The position numbers were made by a program, and so were the translations under genes. The notes beneath the pieces are model-generated. The model was not told the DNA's origin. It ran no database searches and was given only the letters and a program-made list of their open reading frames with translations. DNA of 64,000 nt, taken from positions 1,973 through 65,972 of the forward strand of contig JBOHWH010000170.1 of the NCBI GenBank assembly GCA_050736695.1, given 5' to 3'. Origin of the DNA: Candidatus Binataceae bacterium (GTDB lineage: Bacteria; Desulfobacterota; Binatia; Binatales; Binataceae). Positions 28,904-38,585 of the stretch are shown piece after piece; the stretch's first letter is position 1, and each line of letters starts with the position of its first letter.

Positions 28904-29762
28904 TGCCCAATCCGTAAACCAGCGCGGTTTTGGTGGTTCCGCGCTCGATCCAGTCCGCGGCCCGCTTCTGCAGCCCGACATAGAACTGTTCCGACAACTC
29001 GCGCGGCTTTTTATGCATCGCCTCGGGCCGGTCGAACTTGAGCTGGAACGCGAACTCGGCGACCAGCGGTTTCTCGACCTCGCGCACTTTCCAAACCGCG
29101 ACGTTGCACTTGGCGCTCAGATGGCCGCCGAAATCGAGCACGCCCAACTCGAACAGGTATTCGGCGATCGATGCGCCATGCACCGGCATCATCGTGGCCT
29201 TCGGATTTGCGCCGATGGTGCCGAGCGCGGGAAAGGCATTCGAGATTAATTCGATTTTTTGCGTGAGCAGAATATTGGGCGTATCGAGTTCGCAGTTATG
29301 CGAATAGACCAGCCGCATCCCGGCCGAGCCATCGTGCGGCACCAAGATCTCTTCTTTGAACTTGATCGTGTGGATGCACGGCAGGAGCGGGCGCACATCG
29401 ACGGCCGCCGCGGTGGCTTTGTCCGAATGGCGGAACTTCAGCACCAGCTCGTGATTCGGCTCGGGCATCCCATGCTTGAAGAACGTGCGTTTACGCAGGA
29501 TGAAGCCCGCGTTGTAGAGCTTGAAGTGCGGGGTGTCGAAGAACACCACTTCGCGAACCTGAGCGGACGAATCCTCTTCCATCTTGGTCAGATGCACGCC
29601 GAACTCCTTGGCGGCGTGATGCGCGACCTTCCAGAATTTGTGAAATGACGCCGGCTTGCGGAACTTGTCCGCGTCGAGCAGGAGCTTGTACTCGCGGTAC
29701 TTGATCTCGTCGGCGGGTATCGGCTCGTAAAGAAGCTTGTTGTTTTTCGCCTGTGAGCTCAT
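28878..29762 (-). CDS. hypothetical protein (no confident family; possible CYTH/VTC-like fold)
   Basis: 294 aa from ATG 29762; Lys/Phe-rich N-terminus with EIKYREYKLLLD. Confidence 0.45.
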   Translation of the reverse strand: MSSQAKNNKLLYEPIPADEIKYREYKLLLDADKFRKPASFHKFWKVAHHAAKEFGVHLTKMEEDSSAQVREVVFFDTPHFKLYNAGFILRKRTFFKHGMPEPNHELVLKFRHSDKATAAAVDVRPLLPCIHTIKFKEEILVPHDGSAGMRLVYSHNCELDTPNILLTQKIELISNAFPALGTIGANPKATMMPVHGASIAEYLFELGVLDFGGHLSAKCNVAVWKVREVEKPLVAEFAFQLKFDRPEAMHKKPRELSEQFYVGLQKRAADWIERGTTKTALVYGLGNATVKHRE

Positions 29763-29930
29763 ACGAAATTTTTCTCGCGCTCCGCTAAGCCAGCGCCCCG
29801 CCCGCGCGCCGCGGTTCTTGACCCATCGAAGTACCAGTCTCATCGCCAAGGGTCAATTGTCCGGGCAAGCGTAGCACGAGATGCGCAGAGCGGCTTGCTT
29901 TCAATGCGAATTTTGCCGCATTTAGGGAAC

Positions 29931-31217
29931 ATGGATACCAATTCGAGCCTGTGGGTGCGGATGCAATCGGCGGTAGCCAGAGGCGTCAGCGTGTCGTTGC
30001 CGGTCTTCGCCGCCAGCGCCGAAAATGCGGAAATCCGCGATGTCGAAGGGCGCCGCTATATCGATTTCGCCGGAGGAATCGCCGTCCTCGGCGTCGGCCA
30101 TCGCCATCCCCGCGTGATGGCCGCGGCCGAGGCTCAGCTCCGCGCGCTCACCCACGCGTGCTTCCAGGTCACTCCGTACGAATCGTACGTGCGCCTGGCA
30201 GAGCGGCTGAACGAGCTCGCGCCCGGGGCGAGTCCGAAGAAAACCATTTTTCTCACCACCGGTGCCGAAGCGATCGAGAACGCGGTCAAGATCGCGCGTT
30301 ACGCGACCGGGCGGCCCGGCGTGATCGCATTCGATGGTGCGTTTCACGGACGCACGCTGATGGCGCTGGGGCTGACCGGCAAGATGATTCCCTACAAAGC
30401 GGGCTTCGGGCCGTTTCCCGCCGATGTTTATCACGCGCCATTCCCGGACGAGTTCCACGGCGGAAGTACTGCCGAGTCGATCAAGGCGATCGAGGTGATT
30501 TTTCATTCGTCGATCGAGCCGGCGCGGGTCGCCGCGATTATCATCGAGCCTGTGCAGGGCGAGGGCGGCTTTAACGTCGCCCCGGCGGAGTTCCTGCGCG
30601 TGCTGCGCCGCCTGTGCGATCGGCACGGAATAAAGCTCATCGCCGATGAGGTGCAGACCGGCTTTGGCCGCACCGGACGGATGTTTGCGGTCGAGCATTC
30701 CGGGGTCGCGCCGGATTTGATCGCGATGGCGAAGAGCCTCGGCGGAGGATTCCCGCTTTCCGCCGTGACCGGCGCCGCCGATTTGATGGATAGCGTGGCG
30801 CCGGGCGGCCTGGGCGGCACCTACGCCGGAAATCCGGTCGCCTGCGCGGCGGCGCTCGCGGTGCTCGACGTGATTCGTGAGGAAGATATTCTCGCGCGCG
30901 CGGGGAAACTTGGGACGATGGTTCGGGCGCGGCTGCACAACATGCAACACGACGCGCGGTTCGATTGTATCGGCGACGTGCGCGGAGCCGGCGCGATGCT
31001 GGCGTTCGAGCTGGTCAAGGATCGCGCGACGCTCGAGCCCGCACCCGAGCTGACTCGCCGTCTGGTCCTGCGCGCCGCCGAGCGCGGCCTGATAATTTTG
31101 TCGTGCGGCATTCACGCCAACGTGATTCGCATCCTCGCGCCGCTGACCGCGCCACTGGAACAGGTGGACGAAGGCATGAGCATCCTGGAGGCATCGTTAA
31201 CCGACGTGATCGGGTAA
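29931..31217 (+). CDS. gabT: class-III PLP aminotransferase (4-aminobutyrate aminotransferase-like)
   Basis: GabT-like layout: GRTGRMFAVEHSGVAPDLIAMAKSLGGGFP (PLP-Lys region), DEVQTGFGRTG. Confidence 0.8.
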   Translation: MDTNSSLWVRMQSAVARGVSVSLPVFAASAENAEIRDVEGRRYIDFAGGIAVLGVGHRHPRVMAAAEAQLRALTHACFQVTPYESYVRLAERLNELAPGASPKKTIFLTTGAEAIENAVKIARYATGRPGVIAFDGAFHGRTLMALGLTGKMIPYKAGFGPFPADVYHAPFPDEFHGGSTAESIKAIEVIFHSSIEPARVAAIIIEPVQGEGGFNVAPAEFLRVLRRLCDRHGIKLIADEVQTGFGRTGRMFAVEHSGVAPDLIAMAKSLGGGFPLSAVTGAADLMDSVAPGGLGGTYAGNPVACAAALAVLDVIREEDILARAGKLGTMVRARLHNMQHDARFDCIGDVRGAGAMLAFELVKDRATLEPAPELTRRLVLRAAERGLIILSCGIHANVIRILAPLTAPLEQVDEGMSILEASLTDVIG

Positions 31218-31408
31218 ATGCTCGTTGACAGTAGTTGTCGTCGGCGCGGCGGCACGCTCGGCCTCTCCATAATAAGGCGATCCCGGCGATTGCATATTCA
31301 GGCGCGACCCAACTTGATACCCCGATCGGCGGATGTTAGCTTCGCGGACGGCTGGCCGCGATAAGCTTTGCGTTGCTCGAATCTGCGCGCGGCGAGCGGA
31401 CCGCACCA

Positions 31409-32311
31409 ATGAGTGAGCATCGAAGGCTTCCTGACTTTATCGCGGTGGGCCCGCAACGCACCGGCACGACTTGGCTGCATCAGGTGCTGGCAGGCCGCGT
31501 CGGCCTGCCGGAAACCAAGGAAACCGATTTCTTTTTGAAAAATTTCGACCGCGGCCTCGATTGGTACCTGGCGTTTTTCGACGCGTGTCCAAGCGGGGCG
31601 CCGATCGGCGAAATCGACCCCAACTATTTCGGCGCAGCGGCCGCGCGCGAGCGGATTGCCGCGATGCTGCCGCGGTGCAGGGTTATCGTTTCGCTGCGCG
31701 ACCCGACCGAGCGCGCATGGTCGTCGTATCGTACGATGCGCCGCGACGCGTGGACGCGCATCGGTTTCGAGGCGACAGTCATGCGCAATGAGATCATCCG
31801 CGAATCGAGCCGCTACGCGTTCCATCTGGCCAATTGGCAGCGCGACTTCGGCGCGGATCGCGTGATGGTCTGCCTCTATGATGATCTCGAAGCCGATCCG
31901 CAGGCGTATCTTGATCGGATCTGCGAGTTTATCGGCGCGCCGCCGATCACGGTTCGCGGCACCCCTGGCGCGACCGAGCGCGTCAACACGGTCACCGAGG
32001 CTCCGCGCAACCGCAAGCTCGCGCAAAGCGCGCGCGATGCGCGCGACTGGCTCGCGATGCATCGGTGGCATCGCACGGGCCGCGCGCTCGGACGGCTCGG
32101 GCTGTGGCGCTTCGCGTTTGCCGGCGGTGAGGAGTTTGGCGCGATGGATCGCGCCGCCGAAGCGCGCCTGCGCGAATATTTTCTTCCCGAGATCGAAGAG
32201 CTCGAAGTGCTGATTGGCCGCGACCTGGACTCATGGAAGCGTCCACACGCGCGCGAAACTGTGGCCGCGGGTCAGGCAGGCTATGCCAATGCGAGCGGTG
32301 CGGGAGCGTAG
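31409..32311 (+). CDS. PAPS-dependent sulfotransferase 1
   Basis: 5'-PSB motif GPQRTGTTWL and 3'-PB motif RDPTERAWSSY. Confidence 0.8.
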   Translation: MSEHRRLPDFIAVGPQRTGTTWLHQVLAGRVGLPETKETDFFLKNFDRGLDWYLAFFDACPSGAPIGEIDPNYFGAAAARERIAAMLPRCRVIVSLRDPTERAWSSYRTMRRDAWTRIGFEATVMRNEIIRESSRYAFHLANWQRDFGADRVMVCLYDDLEADPQAYLDRICEFIGAPPITVRGTPGATERVNTVTEAPRNRKLAQSARDARDWLAMHRWHRTGRALGRLGLWRFAFAGGEEFGAMDRAAEARLREYFLPEIEELEVLIGRDLDSWKRPHARETVAAGQAGYANASGAGA

Positions 32312-33277
32312 ATGCGGGTGGCGCGCGTGTCGATAATTATTCCGGCGTACAACGCCGCCCATACGATCGGGCAGGCGCTGGAAAGCGCGCTCGCGCAGAC
32401 CTTTAGCGATTGTGAAATTATAGTCGTCGATGACGGTTCGACGGACGCGCTGGAATCGGCGCTGGCGCCATATCGCGATCGGATCAGTCTTATCCGGCGG
32501 AGAAATCGCGGAATCGCCGCCGCGAGGAACGCCGGAGTCGCCGGCGCCGGTGGCGAGTACCTGGCATTTCTGGACGCGGACGACATCTGGATGCCGGAGC
32601 GGATCGAGAAAACGGTTTCGGTGCTCGATTCCGATCCGCGATGCGTGCTGGCTTTTGGCGGCGCTCTGACCATCGATTCGGACGGAACCCATACCGGCGA
32701 GTATTCGATAGAGCCGGATTCCAATCTCAATCCCGGCCTGGCCGAAATCGTTTCGGGCCGGGCGCCGCTCAAGGCGAGCTCGATTCTGATGCGGCGTGCG
32801 ATCTTCGAGCGCGTGGGCGGCTTCGATGAGGCTGCGTTCGGTCGCACCGCCGGCGGCGCGGCGCCGTATCTCTATGCGCTCGCGAGCGAGCACGGCACTA
32901 TTCGAATCGTTGCGGAACCGCTGATGAAATATCGCGTCGTGCCGACCCGCAACCGAATGTGGAAATATGAGGCGGGGCGCCGCATCCTGGTGCGAAAATG
33001 GCGCGCCCGTTACGGCAGGAAAATTCGCCCCGCGCTCAGAATACAAATCAAGGCGTGGGTCCGTGAGTGGAATCAACTCGGCATCAACGCGATTGAACGA
33101 GTTAATCTCAAGGTTGCCCGTTCCGCGTTTCGCGCCGCGTTGCGTTTGGAACCGTGGAACCGGCAGGTAAGGGCGCATCTTCTGCGAACCTATCTTCCGG
33201 CGCGGATGGTGGCGCGGATGTCCGAGCGCCGCACCGCGCGCAAACGCGTTCAGCGCGCGGCGCGGACGAAGACGTGA
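32312..33277 (+). CDS. GT2-family glycosyltransferase 1
   Basis: SIIIPAYNAAHTIGQALESALAQT...VVDDGSTD...FLDADDIW (GT-A DxD); starts 1 nt after ST1 stop. Confidence 0.85.
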   Translation: MRVARVSIIIPAYNAAHTIGQALESALAQTFSDCEIIVVDDGSTDALESALAPYRDRISLIRRRNRGIAAARNAGVAGAGGEYLAFLDADDIWMPERIEKTVSVLDSDPRCVLAFGGALTIDSDGTHTGEYSIEPDSNLNPGLAEIVSGRAPLKASSILMRRAIFERVGGFDEAAFGRTAGGAAPYLYALASEHGTIRIVAEPLMKYRVVPTRNRMWKYEAGRRILVRKWRARYGRKIRPALRIQIKAWVREWNQLGINAIERVNLKVARSAFRAALRLEPWNRQVRAHLLRTYLPARMVARMSERRTARKRVQRAARTKT

Positions 33278-34152
33278 ACGCAAGCGCGGCCGCGAAGCTG
33301 CCGGATTTTATCGCGGTCGGACCGGGACGCACCGCGACCACATGGCTGCACGAGAAGCTCAAAGGCCGCGTCGATCTTCCCGCGGGCATCAAGGAAACCG
33401 ATTTTTTTACGACCAACTACGCCCGGGGCATCGATTGGTACGCGCGCCATTTTCGCTCCGCCTCGGGCGCGCGGCCGATTGGCGAAGTGAATCCATATTT
33501 CGGATTCCCCGAAGCCGCCGAACGTATTGCGCGCCATATTCCGCGGTGCAAAATCATCTGCACATTTCGAAATCCGGTCGAGCGAATTTATTCGTCGTAC
33601 AAACTTTGGCGCCATTACACCCAGACCAGCCTGCCCATAGACGAATTTCTGGTTAAAGTGCCGCAGATTATCGAGGTCACGCGCTACGCCAAACATCTGC
33701 CCGATTGGCAATCGCGTTTCGGCGCCGAACGCGTGCTGGTCCTGTTAAACGACGACCTGCGCGCCGACCCGCGGGAGTTTTTGGATTGCGTCTGCGATTT
33801 TATCGGAATCGCGCGATATCCGGTTCCCTCGGCTGGAGCCGGAGCGGAAATGATCAACTCGATCGACGATCTGCCGCGCTATCCGGGCGTCGCGCGCCGC
33901 GCGCGCCATATGATGTACTGGCTGGAGGAGCGGCAGGCGTACGCGCTGTTGAATTTGCTGGAACGCGCGGGAGTCTGGCGCTGGACCTTCGGCGGCGGCG
34001 AGAAGTTCGGTCCGATCGATCCGAAGATCGATGCTCATCTGCGCGAAATGTTTCTGCCGGAAATCGAGGCGCTGGAGAAAATGATCGGACGCGATCTGTC
34101 GGCGTGGAAAACTCCCGCGGACGCCGCGCCGCCGCGCGAACCCGTCCGCTGA
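33274..34152 (+). CDS. PAPS-dependent sulfotransferase 2
   Basis: GPGRTATTWL, FRNPVERIYSSY; GTG start overlaps GT2-1 stop (GTGA). Confidence 0.8.
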   Translation: MNASAAAKLPDFIAVGPGRTATTWLHEKLKGRVDLPAGIKETDFFTTNYARGIDWYARHFRSASGARPIGEVNPYFGFPEAAERIARHIPRCKIICTFRNPVERIYSSYKLWRHYTQTSLPIDEFLVKVPQIIEVTRYAKHLPDWQSRFGAERVLVLLNDDLRADPREFLDCVCDFIGIARYPVPSAGAGAEMINSIDDLPRYPGVARRARHMMYWLEERQAYALLNLLERAGVWRWTFGGGEKFGPIDPKIDAHLREMFLPEIEALEKMIGRDLSAWKTPADAAPPREPVR

Positions 34153-34160
34153 CGTTCGCG

Positions 34161-35054
34161 ATGCCGCAAGCCTCGGTCATAATTCCTATGTACAACAGCG
34201 CGGCCACAGCTGCGCGCGCGATCGAGAGCGCGCTCGCGCAGACGATCGGCGAGCTCGAAGTCGTGTGCGTCGATGACGGCTCGAAGGACGCTTCGGCGCG
34301 GCTCGCGCGGGGCTATGACGATCGCGTGCGCGTGATTGTCCAGAGCAATCGCGGTCCCTCGGCGGCGCGCAATGCGGGCGCGCGAGCCTCAAGCGGCGAG
34401 CTGATCGCGTTCCTCGACGCCGACGATATCCTGCGCCCGACGATGCTTGCGCGATGCGCCGATGAGCTGCGGGCGAATCGCGAAGCTGTGCTTGCGTACA
34501 CCGACGCCGAGATTATCGACGCATCGTCCGGCATCCTGCGCACCTCGATCGCCGGGGCGGGCCGCGCGCATGCGCCGGCGATGGAGGATCTGCTCGCGCG
34601 CCTGTGGCCGATCGTTCCCAGCACGGCGGTTATGCGCCGCTCGGCGTTCGACGCGGCGGGCCGATGGTGCGAGGCGCTGCGCTCGTGCGAGGACGTTTAT
34701 TTCTGGCTGCTCATGCGCGAACGCGGCCCGTTTTGCTATATCGCGGACCCGCTGGCCGCGAAGACGGAGGATCAACTCTTTCCCAAGGTGCTCGAACGCG
34801 ACATCGGCGCGCGCGAGTTTGCCCGCCGCGTGCGCGAACGTTATGGCGCCCGCGCCGGCGGATTGCTGCGCGACTTCCGGCGGATGAAGGCGCGTCTGCT
34901 CGAGCGTTGCGGCGCGGAAGCGATGCGCGCTGGACATTCGCGCGACGCGCGGCGATGCTTTGCGCACGCAATCGCTTATCAACCGGCGCGGATGCGCAAC
35001 TACGTGAGCATGCTCAAAAGTTTTGCGGCCTCGGACGCCGGCGCGCGCAAGTGA
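34161..35054 (+). CDS. GT2-family glycosyltransferase 2
   Basis: SVIIPMYNSAATAARAIESALAQT...CVDDGS...FLDADDIL. Confidence 0.85.
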   Translation: MPQASVIIPMYNSAATAARAIESALAQTIGELEVVCVDDGSKDASARLARGYDDRVRVIVQSNRGPSAARNAGARASSGELIAFLDADDILRPTMLARCADELRANREAVLAYTDAEIIDASSGILRTSIAGAGRAHAPAMEDLLARLWPIVPSTAVMRRSAFDAAGRWCEALRSCEDVYFWLLMRERGPFCYIADPLAAKTEDQLFPKVLERDIGAREFARRVRERYGARAGGLLRDFRRMKARLLERCGAEAMRAGHSRDARRCFAHAIAYQPARMRNYVSMLKSFAASDAGARK

Positions 35055-35998
35055 GTAACGCGACTTGCCCGCCACGGGTGTCGGTGGTCGTGCCGGTTTA
35101 CAACGGCGCCGCGACGATCGCGGCCGCGCTCGACAGTATCCTTGGGCAGTCCTTTACCGATTTCGAGATCGTCGCGATCGACGACGGCTCGACCGACGAT
35201 TCGATCAAGGTGCTCGAGCGCTATGCTCCGCGCGTCCGCGTGCTGACTCAGAAAAACTCAGGGCCGTCGGCGGCGCGCAATCTTGGCGTCCGCAATTCAT
35301 CCGGCCAGTATCTTGCCTTTCTCGACGCCGACGACATGTGGCGTACCGGGTTTCTCGAACGCACGGTCGCGGCCCTCGATAAAGAGCCGGCGAGTGTCCT
35401 CGTCTATACCGATCTCGAACTCGCCGACAGCACCGGCGTCGCGATGGGCGCGTATCTGATCGGAAAGCGCGGCGTGCCTACCGTGCAAGACATGCTCGAG
35501 CGGATGTGGCCGATCCTGCCAAGCTCGGTGATGATGCGTCGCGACGCGTTCGAGCGCGCGGGTGGATTTCCGGAAGAGTTGACCAGTTTCGAGGACGTGT
35601 ATTTCTGGCTGCTCGCGCGCGAGCAGGGGAGCTTCAGCTATATCGATGAGCCGCTGGTGATGTGGCGCTTTGCGCTGTTTCCGGCGCCGCTCAAACCCGC
35701 GGGCGGGCAGGAGGCGGCAGGGCGGATCTTCGATCGGATGCTCCAGCGGCGCTATGGGGTGCGCGGGCTTGCGCATGTCGCCGCGCGCCGGCGCGCTCCG
35801 CGCAGCATCCTTGGCTATATCGGACTGCATGCGCTGAGAAGCGGCAACCAACTGGCCGCGCGGCGCGCATTTGCCGCGGCGCTAAGGACCGATCCCTGGC
35901 GGCTCAAAAGTTACTTGCGTTATGCCCGAACGTTCTTGCCGCCTACGATCGCGCGCACGCTTTCCAGCCGCCGCACGGACGAGCCGGATCGGCGATGA
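35051..35998 (+). CDS. GT2-family glycosyltransferase 3
   Basis: SVVVPVYNGAATIAAALDSILGQS...AIDDGSTDDS...FLDADDMW; GTG start overlaps previous stop (GTGA). Confidence 0.85.
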   Translation: MSNATCPPRVSVVVPVYNGAATIAAALDSILGQSFTDFEIVAIDDGSTDDSIKVLERYAPRVRVLTQKNSGPSAARNLGVRNSSGQYLAFLDADDMWRTGFLERTVAALDKEPASVLVYTDLELADSTGVAMGAYLIGKRGVPTVQDMLERMWPILPSSVMMRRDAFERAGGFPEELTSFEDVYFWLLAREQGSFSYIDEPLVMWRFALFPAPLKPAGGQEAAGRIFDRMLQRRYGVRGLAHVAARRRAPRSILGYIGLHALRSGNQLAARRAFAAALRTDPWRLKSYLRYARTFLPPTIARTLSSRRTDEPDRR

Positions 35999-36071
35999 CA
36001 GCTTGGCACTGCGCCTGCGAGTTGTTAGCGTCGCGCCCGATGGAAAAGGAATACGAGCGCGCTATTTCGCG

Positions 36072-36977
36072 ATGAGCCCGCCTGATCCACGGCGGCTGCC
36101 GAATTTTATCGGCGTCGGACCGCCGCGCACCGCGACCACCTGGCTCTACGAGGTCATGCGGGGACACGCGGGATTTTCAGATTTCCGCAAGGAGACCGAC
36201 TTCTTCACGCGCTACTACGATCGTGGCTTCGATTGGTACCTCCAATACTTTGCAGGGTGCGGGGCTGACCTGCCGATGGGAGAGATGTCGCCGCTGTACT
36301 TCGCCTCCGACGATGCGCGCGAGCGAATCAGCCTTGCGATTCCGCAGTGCAAAATCGTCTGCTCGTTTCGCGATCCGGTTGATCGCGCGTGGTCGCATTG
36401 GCGGCTGATGGTGCGCAATCTATGGACCAAGCTCGAATTCGAGCCTGCTGCCGGCGGCATCCGCGATATCCGCGAGTCCAGCCGCTACGGCCATTACACG
36501 GCCAAATGGATCGAAAGCTTCGGCCGGGAAAACGTTCTGCTGATGTTCTATGAAGATCTGGAGCGCGACCCGCAAGCGTTTGTCGATAAAGTCTGCGCGT
36601 TTATCGGCGCGCCGCTATTTCCGCTGAGCGATTCTCCAGCCGCGCAAACCCGGGTTCATACCGTCCCGGCGCGTCCGCGCCATCGCCGGATCGCGCGCAA
36701 CCTTCGCGATATCAGGGATTGGCTGAATGATCGCCGAATGCATCGCGCGGCGAGGATTGTCCGGCAAAGTTCGCTGTGGAGCTACTGCTTCGAGGGCGGC
36801 CAGCCATTCAAGCGTCCGTCGGCAGAGGTTGATGCGCGAATTCGCGCGGCGATGAGGCCGGAGGTCGAGGCGCTCGAGGCAATCAGCGGACGCGACTTAT
36901 CGGCATGGAAGACGGGCAGGGCGCGCGTCGAAACTCAAACGCAAAGCGCCGGCGAAGTTTCCTCCGCCGGCGCCTGA
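36072..36977 (+). CDS. PAPS-dependent sulfotransferase 3
   Basis: GPPRTATTWL, FRDPVDRAWSHW. Confidence 0.8.
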   Translation: MSPPDPRRLPNFIGVGPPRTATTWLYEVMRGHAGFSDFRKETDFFTRYYDRGFDWYLQYFAGCGADLPMGEMSPLYFASDDARERISLAIPQCKIVCSFRDPVDRAWSHWRLMVRNLWTKLEFEPAAGGIRDIRESSRYGHYTAKWIESFGRENVLLMFYEDLERDPQAFVDKVCAFIGAPLFPLSDSPAAQTRVHTVPARPRHRRIARNLRDIRDWLNDRRMHRAARIVRQSSLWSYCFEGGQPFKRPSAEVDARIRAAMRPEVEALEAISGRDLSAWKTGRARVETQTQSAGEVSSAGA

Positions 36978-36997
36978 TTTCAATATAAAACCCGGCT

Positions 36998-38188
36998 TCA
37001 GGCCGAGCGCGCGGCCTTGCGCAGGTTTCGATAGGCGCGCCCCTCGCCCATTCCGTACCGATTCAGCATCCGGTAAACCGTGTAGCGCGAAACCCCGAGC
37101 AGCTCGGCGGCGCGATGACAATTGCCGTTGGCCGCCTCGAGCGCACGCATCAGGGCGATTTTCGACGCCTCACGGATTACTTCGTCGAGCGCGTAAGGCC
37201 ATGCCTGCTTGTCCGGCCTCTCGATCGGCGCGGGTGCGCTCTCCATCACCTCGGCCAACGGCGCGCGGGAGCCGATCGGCGGACCTGATTCATCGGGGAT
37301 GGCGCCTTCATAAACATGATCGGGTAAATCTTCGGCAATCAGCCGGTTGGATTCGGCCAGAATAACGGCGCTTTCGATCGCGTGAGCAAGCTCACGCACG
37401 TTGCCCGGCCATGGATACGCCATCAAGGCGTCGAGCGCGCGCCGCTCGATATGCGTGATCGCTTTGCCGAACAGATGGTTGTAATGCTCGATAAAATGCG
37501 CGACGAAGGCCCCGACCGCCTCGCGCCGCTCGCGCAGCGGCGGCAGCAGGACCGCGGCGGTGTTGAGGCGGTAATACAGGTCGTCGCGAAACTCGCCGCT
37601 CTTGGTCATCGCGCGCAGATCGCGATTGGTCGCGGCGACCAGGCGGATATCAACTTTATAACTATGGGTGGATCCGACCGGCTGGATTTCGTGCGTCTCG
37701 ACCGCGCGCAACAGCTTGGGCTGGAGCTTCAACGGCAGTTCGCCGATCTCGTCTAGGAACAGGGTGCCGCCGCTGGCCGATCGGAAATAGCCAAGCGCGT
37801 CCTCGCGCGCGTCGGTGAACGCGCCCTTCACGTGTCCAAACAGTTGCGATTCGGCCAGCGAATCGACCAGGTTGGAGCAATTGAAGGTGACGAAGGGGCC
37901 GTTTGGCGTAGGTCCCAGCGTATGCAGCGCTCGGGCGACTAATTCTTTTCCGGTGCCCGATTCGCCGTGGATCAGCACGGTAGCCTTGTATGGGCTAAGC
38001 CGGGCGATCGTTTTAAGAACCTTGCGAACCTGCGCCGACCGCACCACCATTCCGCCGATTCGTTCGGAGCCTTGCGCCAGCCCGTCAAGGCTGATGCAAT
38101 CGGAGCAGTTCGCTCCGGACTCGGTGCCATGATCGTGGGTCGAACCAATCTTCGCGGTGTCCGCCGCCGTGTCTCCGCTCTGACGCAT
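36998..38188 (-). CDS. sigma-54-dependent transcriptional activator (bEBP) lacking N-terminal sensory/receiver domain (PspF/HrpS-like)
   Basis: AAA+ sigma-54 interaction domain (GESGTGKE, GAFTDA, ESQLFGH, GNVREL) plus C-terminal Fis-type HTH; only ~45 aa precede the AAA+ core. Confidence 0.9.
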   Translation of the reverse strand: MRQSGDTAADTAKIGSTHDHGTESGANCSDCISLDGLAQGSERIGGMVVRSAQVRKVLKTIARLSPYKATVLIHGESGTGKELVARALHTLGPTPNGPFVTFNCSNLVDSLAESQLFGHVKGAFTDAREDALGYFRSASGGTLFLDEIGELPLKLQPKLLRAVETHEIQPVGSTHSYKVDIRLVAATNRDLRAMTKSGEFRDDLYYRLNTAAVLLPPLRERREAVGAFVAHFIEHYNHLFGKAITHIERRALDALMAYPWPGNVRELAHAIESAVILAESNRLIAEDLPDHVYEGAIPDESGPPIGSRAPLAEVMESAPAPIERPDKQAWPYALDEVIREASKIALMRALEAANGNCHRAAELLGVSRYTVYRMLNRYGMGEGRAYRNLRKAARSA

Positions 38189-38345
38189 CGTATGTGCCCC
38201 CCGCGGTGTCCCCGCCGCGTACCTACTTTCTGTCGCAAAGGCAGAACTACATGTTGTAGAGGAACCATATATTAAAGGCGAGTGCGGTCTGTCAAGTGCA
38301 TTGGCGATATTTTATGGATTCGTTTTAGCCATGATGGGTCGTGTT

Positions 38346-38361
38346 TGGCACTGCCGTCGCA
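38346..38361 (+). promoter_or_regulatory. sigma-54 promoter candidate TGGCAC-TGCCG-TCGCA (orphan; reads antisense into acyl-CoA dehydrogenase gene)
   Basis: 10/11 match to TGGCAC-N5-TTGCA with invariant GG/GC. Confidence 0.45.
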
Positions 38362-38585
38362 CCCGTTTGCGACTAAAAGGACCAGTTAGCGCGTCAAATC
38401 GCGGCAGGCCTTGAATTCGCTACTTTTTTTAAGGCCCGCGGCGGATGTAAACCGACTCGCAGCCGTTCAATCCGCGACCCGAACCGCCGATGCGGATAGC
38501 TCGCGTGCCTGCAAACGGGACCTCGCACGCGGTGTCGTTCTTCTCGTCATAAACGCATCGTCAGCGTATGCCGCGCGGGCCCTGC

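Noticed and set aside
29922-31115. 397-aa minus-strand ORF antisense to gabT
   Set aside because: Alternative-frame artefact; gabT homology on the plus strand is unambiguous.
31340-31370. TGGCCG-N-AGCTT sigma-54-like element upstream of the sulfotransferase cluster
   Set aside because: GG-to-GC spacing is one nucleotide short and the -12 element is poor, so it is not reported as a promoter. Regulation of the cluster by the adjacent activator remains inference only.
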